From: Octopus sinensis
Taxonomy: Eukaryota
Length of the DNA: 64,000 bases
Reading direction: 5' to 3'
Assembly (NCBI RefSeq): GCF_006345805.1
Contig: NC_043006.1
Location: 101,990,001-102,054,000, forward strand
The notes below the pieces were generated by a model that worked only from the letters and a program-made list of their open reading frames with translations, had not been told where the DNA came from and searched no databases. The position numbers were made by a program, and so were the translations under genes. Positions 11,186-24,508 of the stretch are shown here, in pieces; the stretch's first letter is position 1, and every line of letters starts with the position of its first letter.

Positions 11186-12206
11186 TATCATTATTATTAT
11201 TATTATTATTAAGGCAGCAAGCTGGCAGAATCGTTAGCACACCAGACAAATGCTTGGCTGCATTTCATCCATCCTCATGTTCTAAGTTCAATTTCCACCA
11301 AGGTTGACTTTGCCTTTCATTCTCTTTGGGGTCAATGAGATAGGTACTAGTTAAGCTCTGAGGTCAATGTAATCGACTTACTTTTTAAGCCAGACTTACT
11401 GGCCTTGTACATAAATTTGAAACCATTATTATTATCATTTTCATTAGCATCTTCTTTCAATTCTGTTTCCATTTCTTGCCAAGTGTCTTCCTGACACCTA
11501 GGGTAGGCCATTAAAATAAACAAACCAGATTGTTCATTTACAAAGTCATGTGATAGAGAAAAAGGAGAAGATAGAGAGAAAAAGGACAAAATAAAAACAA
11601 AAAAGTAAACAAATAAAATAATAATGATTATTATGAAAATAAAAATAGTGCATCTTAAAATATTGTTTTGTTATCAAGAAATATAAAATATCTGAAACAG
11701 TCCTTTTTGTCATTGATTATGTGGACCTAATGTGCTCTGCAGCTTGTCTGAAATGGCCGATGGAGAAAAGCATTTTAAACTTGTCTGCTACAGACATATT
11801 CGATGTCTTGTTTTTGTTTTTTATTTCCCTAGAACATATTCAGTTGCTCAGAGTTATACGGTGTGTGTGTGTGTGTGTAGAAAGAGATAGATGTAAATGT
11901 TTGTATGTATGCATATATTTACATCTGTGTGTGTGTGCGTGTGTGTGTATTTATATATATGTATATGGGGCGGGAGCAGATGAATGTAAGTACACACACT
12001 TAGACTTGTATATTTACTGGAACCAAAACATAAAATATTGTTATTGAATTTGTGTTTTCTTTTTTATATATCTGATGTATTCTGCTAATAAAAGAAACAG
12101 AAGTTCAGTCAATGACATAGAATCCTGCAAGGGATTTCTCTGCCAAAGTGGTCTTATAACTGTCAGAGCAGGTGCAACGAATGATACCTACTGTTTACAT
12201 AGAAAT

Positions 12207-12309
12207 GTAAGTCTTCATTCAGAAAAATGACAGGCTTATTTAAGAAAAGCTCACAGGATGTTTATTAAAGATATTTTGGTTTTCTTTTTACCTTTTATCT
12301 GCAATACAG
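12207..12309 (+). other. Candidate 103-nt spliceosomal intron
   Basis: AAT|GTAAGT donor and TTTTGGTTTTCTTTTTACCTTTTATCTGCAATACAG acceptor in a repeat-poor block; product not identifiable. Confidence 0.35.
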
Positions 12310-12814
12310 TGATAGAATTTCATTGCTCAATGGCTGTGAGGTTAAAGTGCTAAACTGCTAACCAAACGGTGGTCATAGGTGCTATCTTTGCTATTATAGT
12401 AATTTATTTTGTGTATGTAGCTGCAGCAGGAACCGCAGAAGCACTGTCAGTATTCATTGGCTAAATTTCAGAGATGCAGATTTGTACCACAATGAAAAGA
12501 AAACAAAAACAAAAGTGGCTGTATTTTCATTTCTATTACATATCACAACTTCAGAATAAACTCAAAAATGAACAACCGACTGTATTTTGTATTTTGCCTG
12601 AAGAGTAACCAAACTGACTCTGCTCGTCTCAGTTTGTCGGTTTGCCTGGCAGACAAATACATTAGTCCGTCCTTACAGTTTAGTGGGTAACAATAACAAA
12701 CGACATGTTTCACCAGTGTGCAAATTTACATTAAAAACACATCAATAAAAGGATGCTGATTGTACAAGCATCTTAACCCTTTAGCATCTAGATTATTCTG
12801 CCAAATGTAAGGCT

Positions 12815-13215
12815 TACTCTTTTTTTTACTTGTTTCAGTCATTTGACTGCAGCCATGCTGGAGCACCAACTTTAGTCAAGCAAATTGACCCCAGCACTTA
12901 CTCTTTGTAAGCCTAGTACTTATTCTATCGGTTTCTTTTGCCGAACCGCTAAGTTACAGGGACGTAAACACACCAGCATCGGTTGTCAAGCGATGTTGGG
13001 GGAGACAAACACAGACACACAAACATATACAGACACATACATATATATATACAACGGGCTTCTTTTAGTTTCCATCTACCAAATCCACTCACAAGGCTTT
13101 GGTCAGCCTGAGGCTATAGTAGAAGACACTTGCCCAAGGTGCCACGCAATGGGACTGAACCTGGAACCATGTGGTTGGTAAGCAAGCTACTTACCACACA
13201 GCCACTCCTGTGCCT
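12815..13215 (-). mobile_element. SINE S1 inserted into a piggyBac-like MITE
   Basis: Match to S1; MITE halves on either side. Confidence 0.9.
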
Positions 13216-13469
13216 ATTTATTAATATTGTTTTGAATTAATCATACTTTACCATATAGTTTTAAAATTTCAATGATATGATTGCAGAGTTTATAATGACA
13301 TTGTAGGGTAGGTGTGAGAGGCCAAATCATGGCTGGTTTGAGTTTAAAACAGGTAGAATATATGGGTTGGATATGACTAAATGCTAAAGGGTTAAAATGT
13401 ATATAAATGAAATTTAAAAGTAATGCAATAAAATGTGTGTGTATATAGCCACTACACACATTTTTTTCT

Positions 13470-13632
13470 CTCCTTGTTTCTCTCCTTGCTTTTTTCTGTG
13501 TCCCTTTCTGTAGAAGAGCGTAGGCTCGAAACATAAAAGACTTTTTCTATTCCTGAGCGTTATACTAATACATCTGTTTGTTTTCTACACCACCTGTCTT
13601 CGTCTTTAGTTTTTTTCGTAAACTCTCCCTAT
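13470..13632. mobile_element. Penelope-like terminal fragment, homologous in reverse to 7606-7790 and 8690-8875
   Basis: Shared GAAGACAGGTG..ATTAGT.T.AC.CTCAGGAA..AAAAGTCTTT..TTTC.AGCCTA.GCTCTT; flanked by (TA)/(CA)n. Confidence 0.55.
13504..13539 (+). ncRNA. Second-family minimal hammerhead-like motif with atypical core; relatives on - strand at 7693-7727 and 8777-8812
   Basis: CUUU-CUGUAGA-A-GAGC GUAG GCUC-GAAA-CAU-A-AAAG. Confidence 0.4.
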
Positions 13633-15283
13633 ATATACACACACACACACACAACACACACACACACATATATATATATATCATCATTATCATTTAATGT
13701 TCACCTTCCATGCTAGCATGGGTTGGACACACCACATACACAGTGCTCCAGCATGGACAAAGTCACATGACTGAAACAAGTAAAAGAATAAAAGAATATA
13801 TTTCTTGCTTTTTTTCTTGTGAAGTCTCCTTTTCTTAGTTTTTTAGGCAGAGTCAGTAAATGTATCTTAGTAGGGTTCCTCGTGTATTGTGCAAAAATTC
13901 CCCTCAGCAAAATGTTAGATCTTAAATTAGATGTTGTAAATAATCTAAGACAGCTTCCTATCTTTTCAGTTGCATCTGTAGCAGACTGATAGCATTAATG
14001 TTTCATTAGACAGAGGCAGTATGTAAATTTCAGAAAGCTTATGAGAGTTGTGGTGCTATGGCTAAACGATTAGTTTCCAAACTACTTGGTTTCAGGATCA
14101 ATTTCATTGAACAAATGGCACTTTAGATAAAAGTGTCAACCATAGCCTTGTCAGTGAAATTCATTAGGTGGAAACTGTGTGGAAACCCTGATTCAGAGGT
14201 AGATTTTATTATGTTACCCATGAATGACCAGAAAGCTGCTCCTTCTTTAACACGGATGCTGTTATTGAGAGATGAAGGTAGACTCTTGTTGGATTTTTAC
14301 ATAAAAGGTAGAGAAAGTAAGTTTTTGCATCATTTTCATTCTTCTATACTTCATAAATATTCCAGTATTTTCAAATGTTGTCCTGTTTATATTGAGCTGA
14401 TGATTGATAAATATTGTAGTCTCTTTCACCATACTTACCTAATTATAATCAGTGAGACCAAATTACAGCATTGAAGTTCATATCAGCTCTCTCAACTATC
14501 AATTAATGTATTGTGCTAAGAGTAACACGCTGATCAAGTTGATAGAATATAAATACACCCTTATCACTGCACAGTGGTATTGATGTGTTAATCTTAATTT
14601 TATAAGATTTATTAGCCTAAATGAAGAGGAGGTCAATTGAATATTTCATTCTTAGTTATACATTTACATAAATCTATCTGGCTTTACTATGCAAACTATC
14701 TTCCTTTTCATGTGTTCTCATCAAACCAAACATTAACTGTTAACTTTTCAAGTGTTATATCACCCACAAACAATTATTACTCATCCTTCCACTCTATCCA
14801 CTCCAAAATAGAACCCCCACCCACACACCACACCTAACAGTATGTAAACATTTATCTGCCTATATTATATGTGTACGTGATTGGATTTCAGAAATATTTT
14901 TCACTCTAGATAATATAAATATATATATAAATATGCATATATATTGATTTTGTAGTTGTTTAGCAATATTCTTGATATGAAATTGTGTTGGAACAGATGT
15001 TGTTGTACTCTTGAAGGGTCATTTTACAAATAAAAACACATACATTGAATTATATTTTCACTTTTTGTTGTTGGTAGACTGTAAGCTGTTCAATTAGCAT
15101 ATTGAACAAAGTGCTTAGCAGTATTTCATCCCTTTTATATTCTGAGTTCAAATTCCACCAAGGTCAACTTTGCCTTTCATCCTTTCAGGGTGGATAAAAC
15201 AAATACCAGATGAGCAATGAAGTTGATGTAATTAACTCTCCTACACCCCACAAATTTCAGGCCTTGTGCCTATAGTAGAAAAG

Positions 15284-15314
<31 letters not shown>

Positions 15315-16159
15315 GTTTTATGTTACCATGCCAGGTAAAATGCTGTCTGACTCTACATTCTAAATTTATATTCCACCAAGATTGACTTTGCCTTACATCC
15401 TTGGGGGCAGGTCAATAAAATGAGTACCAGTTGAATACTGAGATCGATGTAATCGACTTATCCCCTCCCCAAAAATTGCCAGCCTTGTGCCAGAATTTGG
15501 AACAATTATTATTATTATGTGGTTGGCTTTTGTTTTGTATTTATACAAACTGACTCTAAGTCTTACACAGAGACCTCAAGAGACAACAATTTAGAAGTTC
15601 AAGTTGGTGTTATGACAAGGGTGCCATATTTTCGGTTTTGTACAGAGTATTGTTTTTTAGAATGTCTGTCAAAACATTATTATTATTATTATTATTATTA
15701 GCAGCAGCAGTTTTTGGATGTAGCAGACTTTGAGTAGATGTGGGTATATTATTGAAGTCACAAATAATGACGAACAGACTCTGGCAAACTGATTGATTGA
15801 TCAAAAGAATGGCCATATAATTAATTGATTAGTTGGATAATTAGTTAACTAGTTGAGTAATAATAATAATTATAGAAGGAATCAAAATATAAGCAGTGTG
15901 TGTGTTTTTAGTGACATTGATTTATACAAACACTAGTAACAAACTAAAATAGTCTTTAAGTGTGTGTGAGTATATGTGCATGCATGTATATGAGTGTTTG
16001 ATGCTATTTTGATGTTGGATACCCATCTCTCTATGCCTGAAATCAGGAGAGGAGAATGTTTCAACATTAAAACATTTGTATTATTGTAAGGGATTTGTTT
16101 ATGTAAAATCTTAATCACGTTACTCTTTCTAAAAACTCATTTTGAATGTAATTTAAATT

Positions 16160-17740
16160 CATCATCATCATCATCATCGTTTTCCATGCTGGCATGGGTT
16201 GGTCAGTTCGACTGGGGACTGGCAAGCCAGGAGGCTGCACCAGGATCCAATCTGATCTGTCAAGGTTTCTACAGCTGGATGCACTTCCTAATGTCAACCA
16301 CTCCGTGAGTGTAGTGGGTGCTTTTTACATGCCACCAGCAAGTCAGCCAGTCAGTCAGTACTGGCATTGGCCATGTTCAGATGATGCTTTTTATGTGGCA
16401 CCAACATGGGGAGCCAGTCAGGCAGCACTGGTAATGACCCACACATGAATAGTACTTATTGCATGCAACCAGCACAGGAGCCAATCAGGTGGCACTAGCA
16501 TCAGCCACAACTACAATTTCCATTTTGATTTCAATTTCATTGAGATTCTGATTGTAATTTTGATATTGATTTTTTATTTTTGATTTTACTTGACTCAATA
16601 GGTTTCCTCAAGCACGGTGTGTTGCCCAATGATTCAAAGGTACTTTTTAAATGGGCTGGTTATACAACACTGGCATTGGCTACGGCTGTGATCTCACTTT
16701 ACTTGCCGGGTCTTCTCAATCACAGCATATCTCCAGAGGTCTTGGTCTCTTGTCATTGCCTCTGTGAGGCCAAACACTCGAAGGTTGTACTTCAACACCT
16801 CATCCCATGTCTTCCTGGATCTCCCCCTTCTATGGGTTCCTTCCCCTGTTAGGGAATGACACATCTTCATACAGCTCTCCTCATCCATATGCAGCACATG
16901 ACCATACCAGCGCAGTTGTCTCCCTTGCACACCACATCTGATGCTTCTTATGTACAACCTGATCCAGCAGTTTGATACCCTTGTAGTTATTTCTATCTAA
17001 AACATCACCTTTACCTTTGTAGCAGTTGACTATGGTGCTGCTACAGCAGTCATTGGTTATGACTCCTTCGTGAACCACCTGATTTACAATACAGGGGACT
17101 AGACCATAACCCACACCACCAGATATTTTAAGCATCTCAACAATGATTCCTGATGGGGTGGGGGCTTTTCCTGATTTCATATCCTTAATTGCTTTATCTA
17201 CCAAGAGGCTATAGATTCAAGTAGCTGGGTCAACACTTGGCAGGCTCTCCTCCTCCCATTCATTATCCACATTCAGCAGCCTTTCATAATAGCATCTCCA
17301 AGCCTCTTTCTTTGCAGAATCATTAAAAAGCAAGTGCACCATCATCCTTGCACACACTTTTCTCTCATACTGTTTTGCAATCTGAAATACTTCAGTACTT
17401 TGGTCCTCACTTCACTGAACATTGGCAAAATTCTTTTCTGTTTCTCCCTTGGATATATATGCCTGTCTCCCAGCCTCCTTTCTGTCTATCTGGTACAGTT
17501 TCCTACTACCCCCACTGTTCCAGGTTTTCCAAGCCTGTTTCTTTGCTCTAATGACCTTGTTTACTGTATTATTCCACCACCACGCTGCCCTAGGTTTGGA
17601 AGGGACTTATCACCAGCTGCAGATTTGGTCTGTGGTGCTCAGTAAGCTGTTACATAGGAATTTCCAGTTACCCTCTATGTCACAAGTCTGTAGCTCTTCC
17701 CCCCTTTCAACAGATATTTGGTATTGGTGGTGGGGGTGGG
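16160..17740 (-). mobile_element. Older RTE LINE copy with internal deletion of the RT core and PHD
   Basis: NWKFLCNSLLSTTDQICSW, VDKAIKDMKSGKAPTPSG and NYKGIKLLDQV joined at about 16957 to SIRCGVQGRQLRWYGHV; (CAT)n tail at 16160. Confidence 0.9.
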
Positions 17741-17763
17741 AATGGGCAGGCACACCACAAACA

Positions 17764-18691
17764 AGCAAGGGTTCTTTAAGAAATAGTACGGAAAAAATAT
17801 GTAGCCAACATAGCAACACAGGAGGAAAGGAGAACTAAGGGTATTAGAAAGATTTCATTTGGAAATTTCATGAAGAATTAAGGAGAAATCTAAGGCTGAG
17901 AGAGAGAGATTAGGAAGTTATATATTGAAGAGTCAATTTAAATAATTAGCTTACAAAAATACATATTAGTAAATAATGTCTATTAATAATGAATGAATGA
18001 AAAGATAAAAGGAAATGAGAGAATATCTTAGCTTAGCGGTGCATGCGTGGGTGCCAATAGACAGCAACACTGGAATGAGTTGCATGAAAATCTGAGAGGG
18101 GGAAACATGTGAGAAAGGTATTCTTATATATATGCTACAACCAGAAGTGGACATTATGAATGGGCATTTTCACTCTGGACAGTAGAGAATAGCAGAGAAT
18201 AGCACAAGAAGTCATAGTGAAAGGAAGGATTAACCCTTTAGTGTTCGCATTATTCTGCCAAAATTAATCCTTTTTTATCCACATTGCCTTGAACTAATCA
18301 GGCATTATCTTGGTGCTATGAGATTTTGATGAGGTAGCTGTTAATTTTTAAAACGACATTGTAGGGCTGGTGTGAGAGACCAGATCTGGCCAGTTTGACC
18401 ATAAAACAGGCAGAATACTTTTGGTCGGATATGGCCGGTTTAAATGCTAAAGGGTTAAGAGATGGTGCGAAAAATATTTAGCCAACATGAAACACGGAAG
18501 AAAAAAAAAGAAAAGTGAAGCAAGGGTTATTTAAGGCATAGTACAAAAAAATATGTTGCCAACTTGGAAACACAGAAGGAATGGAGAATTAAGGGTATTA
18601 GAGAAATTTCATTTGGAAATTACATGAAGAATTAAGGAGAAATCTAAGGCTGAGAGAGAGAAATTGACTCTTCAATATATAACTCCCTAAT
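17764..18691. repeat. Local ~175-bp direct duplication (17764-17939, 18519-18691) with a 31-bp inverted end
   Basis: Direct alignment; 17909-17939 is the reverse complement of 18661-18691 with one mismatch. Confidence 0.85.
18230..18458. mobile_element. piggyBac-like MITE (TTAA-CCCTT...AAGGG-TTAA); same family at 12773-13395 (split by SINE) and 57314-57542
   Basis: Terminal inverted repeats with TTAA flanks; three homologous copies. Confidence 0.85.
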
Positions 18692-19264
18692 GGATCATAT
18701 TTAATGTTCATCTTTATGCGTGAATGTCTGTCTATTTGTGTAAGTGTATAGATAATGTATGTACATATTAATATCTATATATATTTATATATATGTGTGT
18801 ATATATGTATGTGTTGTATATGCATACATATATACAAGGAAGACTTGTTCTTGTCTATCTCCTGTCCAAGCTTGATTTACATGTTCACCACCACAACCTC
18901 GTTTAGGCGTAGCAGCCCTTCCTGTTTGTTTTCACTCTCCTGTCTGTGTTACCAATTTTGACCCTCCACAAAATCCCAAACTTTATTTAATTTGCTTTGC
19001 AGGAGCAACCTTTTTTTTTATCAAAAAGTGTATCTTGTTGTTAAATGCTAGAGATATGAGAGTAGAAAAACAGTCAACAACTGATGAAGGGTCGTTTCTT
19101 TTTGTGTTGTTTGTCTTGTTTTCCATTTTGTGTCTTTTGTTGTTAAAAAAAATAGTTCATATTCCATGTACTCGTACTTTGTAGTTTTTGTTGTACATGT
19201 TTCATGATATCCTATGCTCTCATATGCATATATATACGTATAGATGTAAGTATGTACATGTACG

Positions 19265-19296
<32 letters not shown>

Positions 19297-20150
19297 AATA
19301 AATGAAAGAATGGAGTTGAACGAAGATTTTAACAAAATTCCTTTACTCTCGACACATGTTTCAAAGACGGCATACTTTTAATTCCAAAGGATGCGTGAAT
19401 TTGCTACCCAGGTATCGGTTCAACGAATTCTCCATGCTAGGATAATTCATTCACCTACTTAAATATATATATATATTATTTATATTATTATATGATTGAA
19501 TGCCATGCATCCTCTTCCAAGTAAGTGTATATGTATGTACATATATATATGTGTGTATGTATGTCTATATATATATATATATATGCATGTCTCTGTGCAT
19601 GTGTATATATGTATATATATATGTGTGTACACAAATGTATTTGGTTACCATGGTGCAAGAAGTAGAACTACAGCATTTATGAATCATCATTATAACACAA
19701 ACAAGATAGCACTGAAAATACTTGCAAATTTATCAAAAATTAGAAAAATCAAAACTGATACAATGTGTGAATTGTTCCACCTTTCATGTGAAAAGTCAGC
19801 TAGTATCTACTTTCATCTTTTAATAACAGCCTTCAAGCTAAAACAGGAATATCTATTTGGTCATTCACATTAAACTAAGCAGTAGATAAAGTCCTTTCTC
19901 TAACACAGTGTTTCCATGCAGTTTCATCACACACATGTACACACTCATACAAAATCAAATCTTTTAAGTACATGCATACATAATTCATGTTGTTAGCACA
20001 AGCTCTTATTCCAGTGAGTTTTCTAATTTACGTACAGTAATTGTGTACAATTACAGTACGTAGTACTAATGTTTTTTCATTGTTTTTTTTTAGAATAATT
20101 TTTTTTTTCATTAAAATTTTTAATAAATACTTTGGTATGATACTCTAGAT

Positions 20151-20487
20151 CAGTGGTTCTCAACCAGAGTCCATATGGCCCCTGAAGGTCCATATAAGAT
20201 TTTGGTGGCGTCCATGCAACAAAATAATAAATTGGAGATCCACAATAGTATTTCAAGGGCCCCTGAAAAAATTTAGCTTTAGATGTATGTATCGGTATGT
20301 ATTGCAAGAAACAGGAAGGTTTGTTTCTTTAACATTTTACATAGTTCAACCTACACAAATTAATGTGCAAAAAATCAAAATAGAAATTTTGAAAGAAGTT
20401 TTTATAAAACTACGGGGTCCCACCATAATAAAATAGTAATCAAAGAGGACCATAGATGAAAAAAAACACAATAGTTTAGAACCCCTG
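20151..20487. mobile_element. hAT (Charlie-like) MITE; relatives at 47208-47433, 25123-25370 and a partial end at about 33200-33250
   Basis: CAGTGGTTCTCAACC...GTTTAGAACCCCTG; left flank CTCTAGAT fits the NTCTAGAN target. Confidence 0.75.
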
Positions 20488-20719
20488 CTCCTGACATTTG
20501 AATAACTCCTATGATATTCTAAGCAAACAGAAAAAATTGTATATACACACTGAGTTCTTTGACCCATTTGTACACCACTCATACTTCTACACACTCACAC
20601 ATGTATACACATATATGTAGAGACATTTTTGTGAGTAATGCCTGTGTGTGTGTGCGTGTGTGTGTGCACACATGCATGCATGTGTATGTATCATTACAAG
20701 TATTATCATCATCATATTT

Positions 20720-21510
20720 GTTGTATCCACCTGTTTTTCCATTCTTGCATAGATTGGACAAGTTCTTTCTGACACAGCCTCTCACCATTTGTTGCATTCC
20801 TTTCTCATCCTGAGATCAACTTTTACCATTTCTATCCACATCTCCCTTGGTCTTCATCTTCTACACCTTCCTTTCACTTAGATACTCTGACACTTCTTTA
20901 CCCATCTATTATCTCTCTTCTACTGGTATAGACTTCATTGTTGCACAACTAGGGTGCATGCTTGCTTCATGTTTCTCTAATTTTTGCACAACCTGCACTA
21001 CCATGCAGCACTTTATTTTATATGCAGGCAACATAAAATCTACCTTTCACTCAGAGAGAGAATATCTTTATTACCACCAGAGGTAATAGCTCCGTGATCT
21101 TTTTCCACCTTGCTCTAATACTGGCTATTGTGTTTTTTCTTTTTTTTTTTGAGCACCTTCTTCCACAACTGATTAGGTTGCCCAAGTAACAGTAGCTATC
21201 ACCTACCATTATAGAGCCTTCCCAGCATTTAACATAAATTTATTTAACTAGTGCTCTGGCTGCTGCCTATTCCTATCCATCTGCCACATACAAAATCTTA
21301 TTGCCAATGATCCCAGTGCATCTCTTCTGCACACGTAGTTGACATTGTGTACAATGTATGGCGTTCTTGCTCCTTTTTTGCATATCAAACACTGCCATTC
21401 CCCTGGTGGCAATAGAATCCTGTCTTTCTTTTTAACTAAAACTTTCATCTTTGCCAAGTTTACTTTGAGGCTTATCGATTTCAGGTTTTGCTTCCATAAG
21501 AGTGTGAATG
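20720..21510 (-). mobile_element. Ancient RTE remnant retaining the start of the PHD
   Basis: LKVNLAKMKVLV...GEWQCLICKKGA; DSYCYLGNLISCG; ELLPLVVIKIFSL*VKGRFY. Confidence 0.75.
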
Positions 21511-22924
21511 TATATGTTGGTGTGTACTACAAGTACGCATGTGCTTGTGAGCTTATAATACAGATAGATACATATTTTGTGTGTGCACTTATATTATATA
21601 TGTTTATATATATATTTATGTATAAATATTTTTTTATGTATATGTTTATATATGTATATATAAATTTTTATATATATTATTATATATGTTCATATTTGTT
21701 TCATATATATGATTAGATATTTTTTATATAAATGTTTATATACATATTTTTATATATATATTTACTTATACATATGTATGTTTATATATAATATGTATGT
21801 GTGTATAAATGATAAATGTGCTGCCTATTTTCAACACAAACATAATTTAAACCTAGAAGGTAACTTAATGAACTGAAGTAAGGAAAGTGAGATAGAAAGG
21901 CAAAAGATAATTAAACAAATTCTGATGTTGGCTTAAAGGAAATAATTATTTATGGTTTATAAATCTTAAAGATTTAAATTAATGTTAAAGGTGGGGAGAG
22001 AGAAACCTCATAAACCTCACAAGGTTTCAATAAAATAATGCATCCTTAAGAAGATATTTTCATTCTCAACCATGTTCAGTGACTTCAACGAAATTTATTG
22101 CCAAAGCTAATGTAAGGCGTATAATGTCAGGCTAGTCTGAAACAGATGGATCACGGAATTATAGAAGCCATGTTCGGTTTCTGAGTTTTACTGCCCAACC
22201 TCATTGTGTTATATCTCTTTCTCTTTCTTTCTTTTTTTAATTTTTTAATGAAAGAATGAAATGGAAAGATCTAGAAAGCTTCCAACTCCTATCATAAGTT
22301 ATAGCCATTGTTTGCCATAGTTTGATTTAAACAAGTACCAGAATGTAATATATTCAAAATCATATTTTTAACAAGTATGGTTATGAAATGTAGCTTCACA
22401 AACAAGCTAATATCAACTTACGTTTGTTTTAGTAAAACAGATGAACTTAAACTAGATTATGTTCTTTTTTATATATAATTTGATAATAAAATATCATATG
22501 TGTCTTTCTGTTACCTTGGAAACTATGCTTCTCATTGTTACACATAACACTTACTTATGGAATACATAAAATTTCTAATTTATTTCTCTCTCTTAAGTCT
22601 CGTTAGCAAAAACCATGACTGTATTCAAAACATATACATACTTTTATTTATATATACATTTATGTATATAATATTGCATATGTGTGATAAATACATGTAT
22701 TTGTGTGTCTATATATATATGTCTACAAACAAACTTATAACAGTGTGTTAGTATGTATTTAAAAATACAAATGATATGTAAAAAAATAAAAATCAATATT
22801 TGATTTTGTACTTATATCTTAAGAAAATTATTTTTTCTTCATCTAGATTAGTTACTTCGACAAAAACATTCAACAGACTAGTAACCTGTTAACCTACATG
22901 AAAACCTCTGAAAGAAAATGCCAT

Positions 22925-23147
22925 CTATCTGTTGTGTGTGTATGTGTGGTGGGGTATGGGTGAGTGTATTTATGTATATATGTATCCTGACATATATATT
23001 CATATTTGTGTGCATGTGTTTGTGTGTGTGTGTGTATGTATATATATACAAATATATGTATATGTGTGTGTGTATACATATACATATATGTATATATATA
23101 TACACACACATATATATATATATGTCTGTAAGTATATAAATACATAC

Positions 23148-23207
<60 letters not shown>

Positions 23208-23336
23208 GTATTTGTGTGTGTATACACATGTATATACACATGCACATATGGAATACATTGAGTGCCACCTTCTTTTGTCTGTCTATTCACTTGTGTGCGT
23301 GTGCATATATACACATGTACACACACACACTCACGT

Positions 23337-23375
<39 letters not shown>
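22925..23375. repeat. (TA)n/(TG)n/(CA)n low-complexity field; similar fields at 21590-21810, 34290-34465, 41150-41390, 47650-47895, 48725-48990, 50920-51085
   Basis: Direct inspection. Confidence 0.9.
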
Positions 23376-23377
<2 letters not shown>

Positions 23378-23422
23378 TATGGTGATGCAAACAGGAATAA
23401 TAGAACTCAAAATACAAGAATT

Positions 23423-23624
23423 CTTTTACTTGTTTCAGTCATTTGACTGCGACCTGGAGCACCATCTTCAGTCAAACAAATTGACTCCAGGACTTATTCT
23501 TTGCAAACTTAGTACTTATTTTATCTCTTTTACTGGACTACTAAGTTATGAGGACATAAACACACCAACATCAGTTGTCAAGTGATGGTGGGGGGGGGAC
23601 AAACACAGACACACAAATACATAC

Positions 23625-23686
<62 letters not shown>

Positions 23687-23830
23687 GATAGGCTTCTTTC
23701 AGTTTCTGTCTACCACATCCACTCACAAGGCTTTGATCGACTTGAGGCTATAGTAGAAGACACTTGCCCAAGGTGCCATGCAGTAGGACTAAATTCGGAA
23801 CCATGTGGTTGGGAAGCAAGCATCTTAGCA
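23423..23830 (-). mobile_element. SINE S1
   Basis: Match to S1 with expanded internal (TA)n. Confidence 0.85.
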
Positions 23831-24368
23831 TGCAGCCACTTCTGTGTAATGAGTATTTTATTTTATCTAGTTTCAGCTCACGAGCTGTGGCCATGCTGGG
23901 GCACCGCCATAGTATATGAATATATTTTTATTAATATTTAGCTGAAGCAACAAAGTGACTCGAGGGACTCACTCTGTTGCTCTTACCAAATATCAGTAAA
24001 AATATACACACATATGTGTATACACATACACGTCTGTGTGTATATGTATGTATACTTGTGTATCAGTAAAAAACTGTGTAAAAATCATCTGCAATATTCA
24101 AATCACTTCATTGTTTTAACACATATTTCAGTAATACATTCCTCTTCCTGGCACAGCTACTGTGCTTCAAAAGGTGCAACAGTTCTTCCAGAATATTACC
24201 AAAACAAACATATAGGTTGACATAGCAGTTCAGCAAATTGTACCAAATAAAATCTATACTAGACTTCAAAATATGTACTGAATACATTTCGCTTACTTAA
24301 ACTCTCCACTTCAGTGCTCCTACTTGGCCACAGTCCTATGACTGAAATAAGCACAAGGATATATATAA

Positions 24369-24399
<31 letters not shown>

Positions 24400-24457
24400 C
24401 ACACCAACACATACTCACACATAAATGTATTTACATATTTGTATACACATACACACA

Positions 24458-24508
<51 letters not shown>

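Noticed and set aside
19070-19460. Further hammerhead candidates (CUGAUGAAGG at 19081; GAAACAUGUGUC on - strand near 19350; also 53310-53345 and 61820-61850)
   Set aside because: Each has only half of the core or lacks pairing stems; possibly Penelope-like debris but not supportable.
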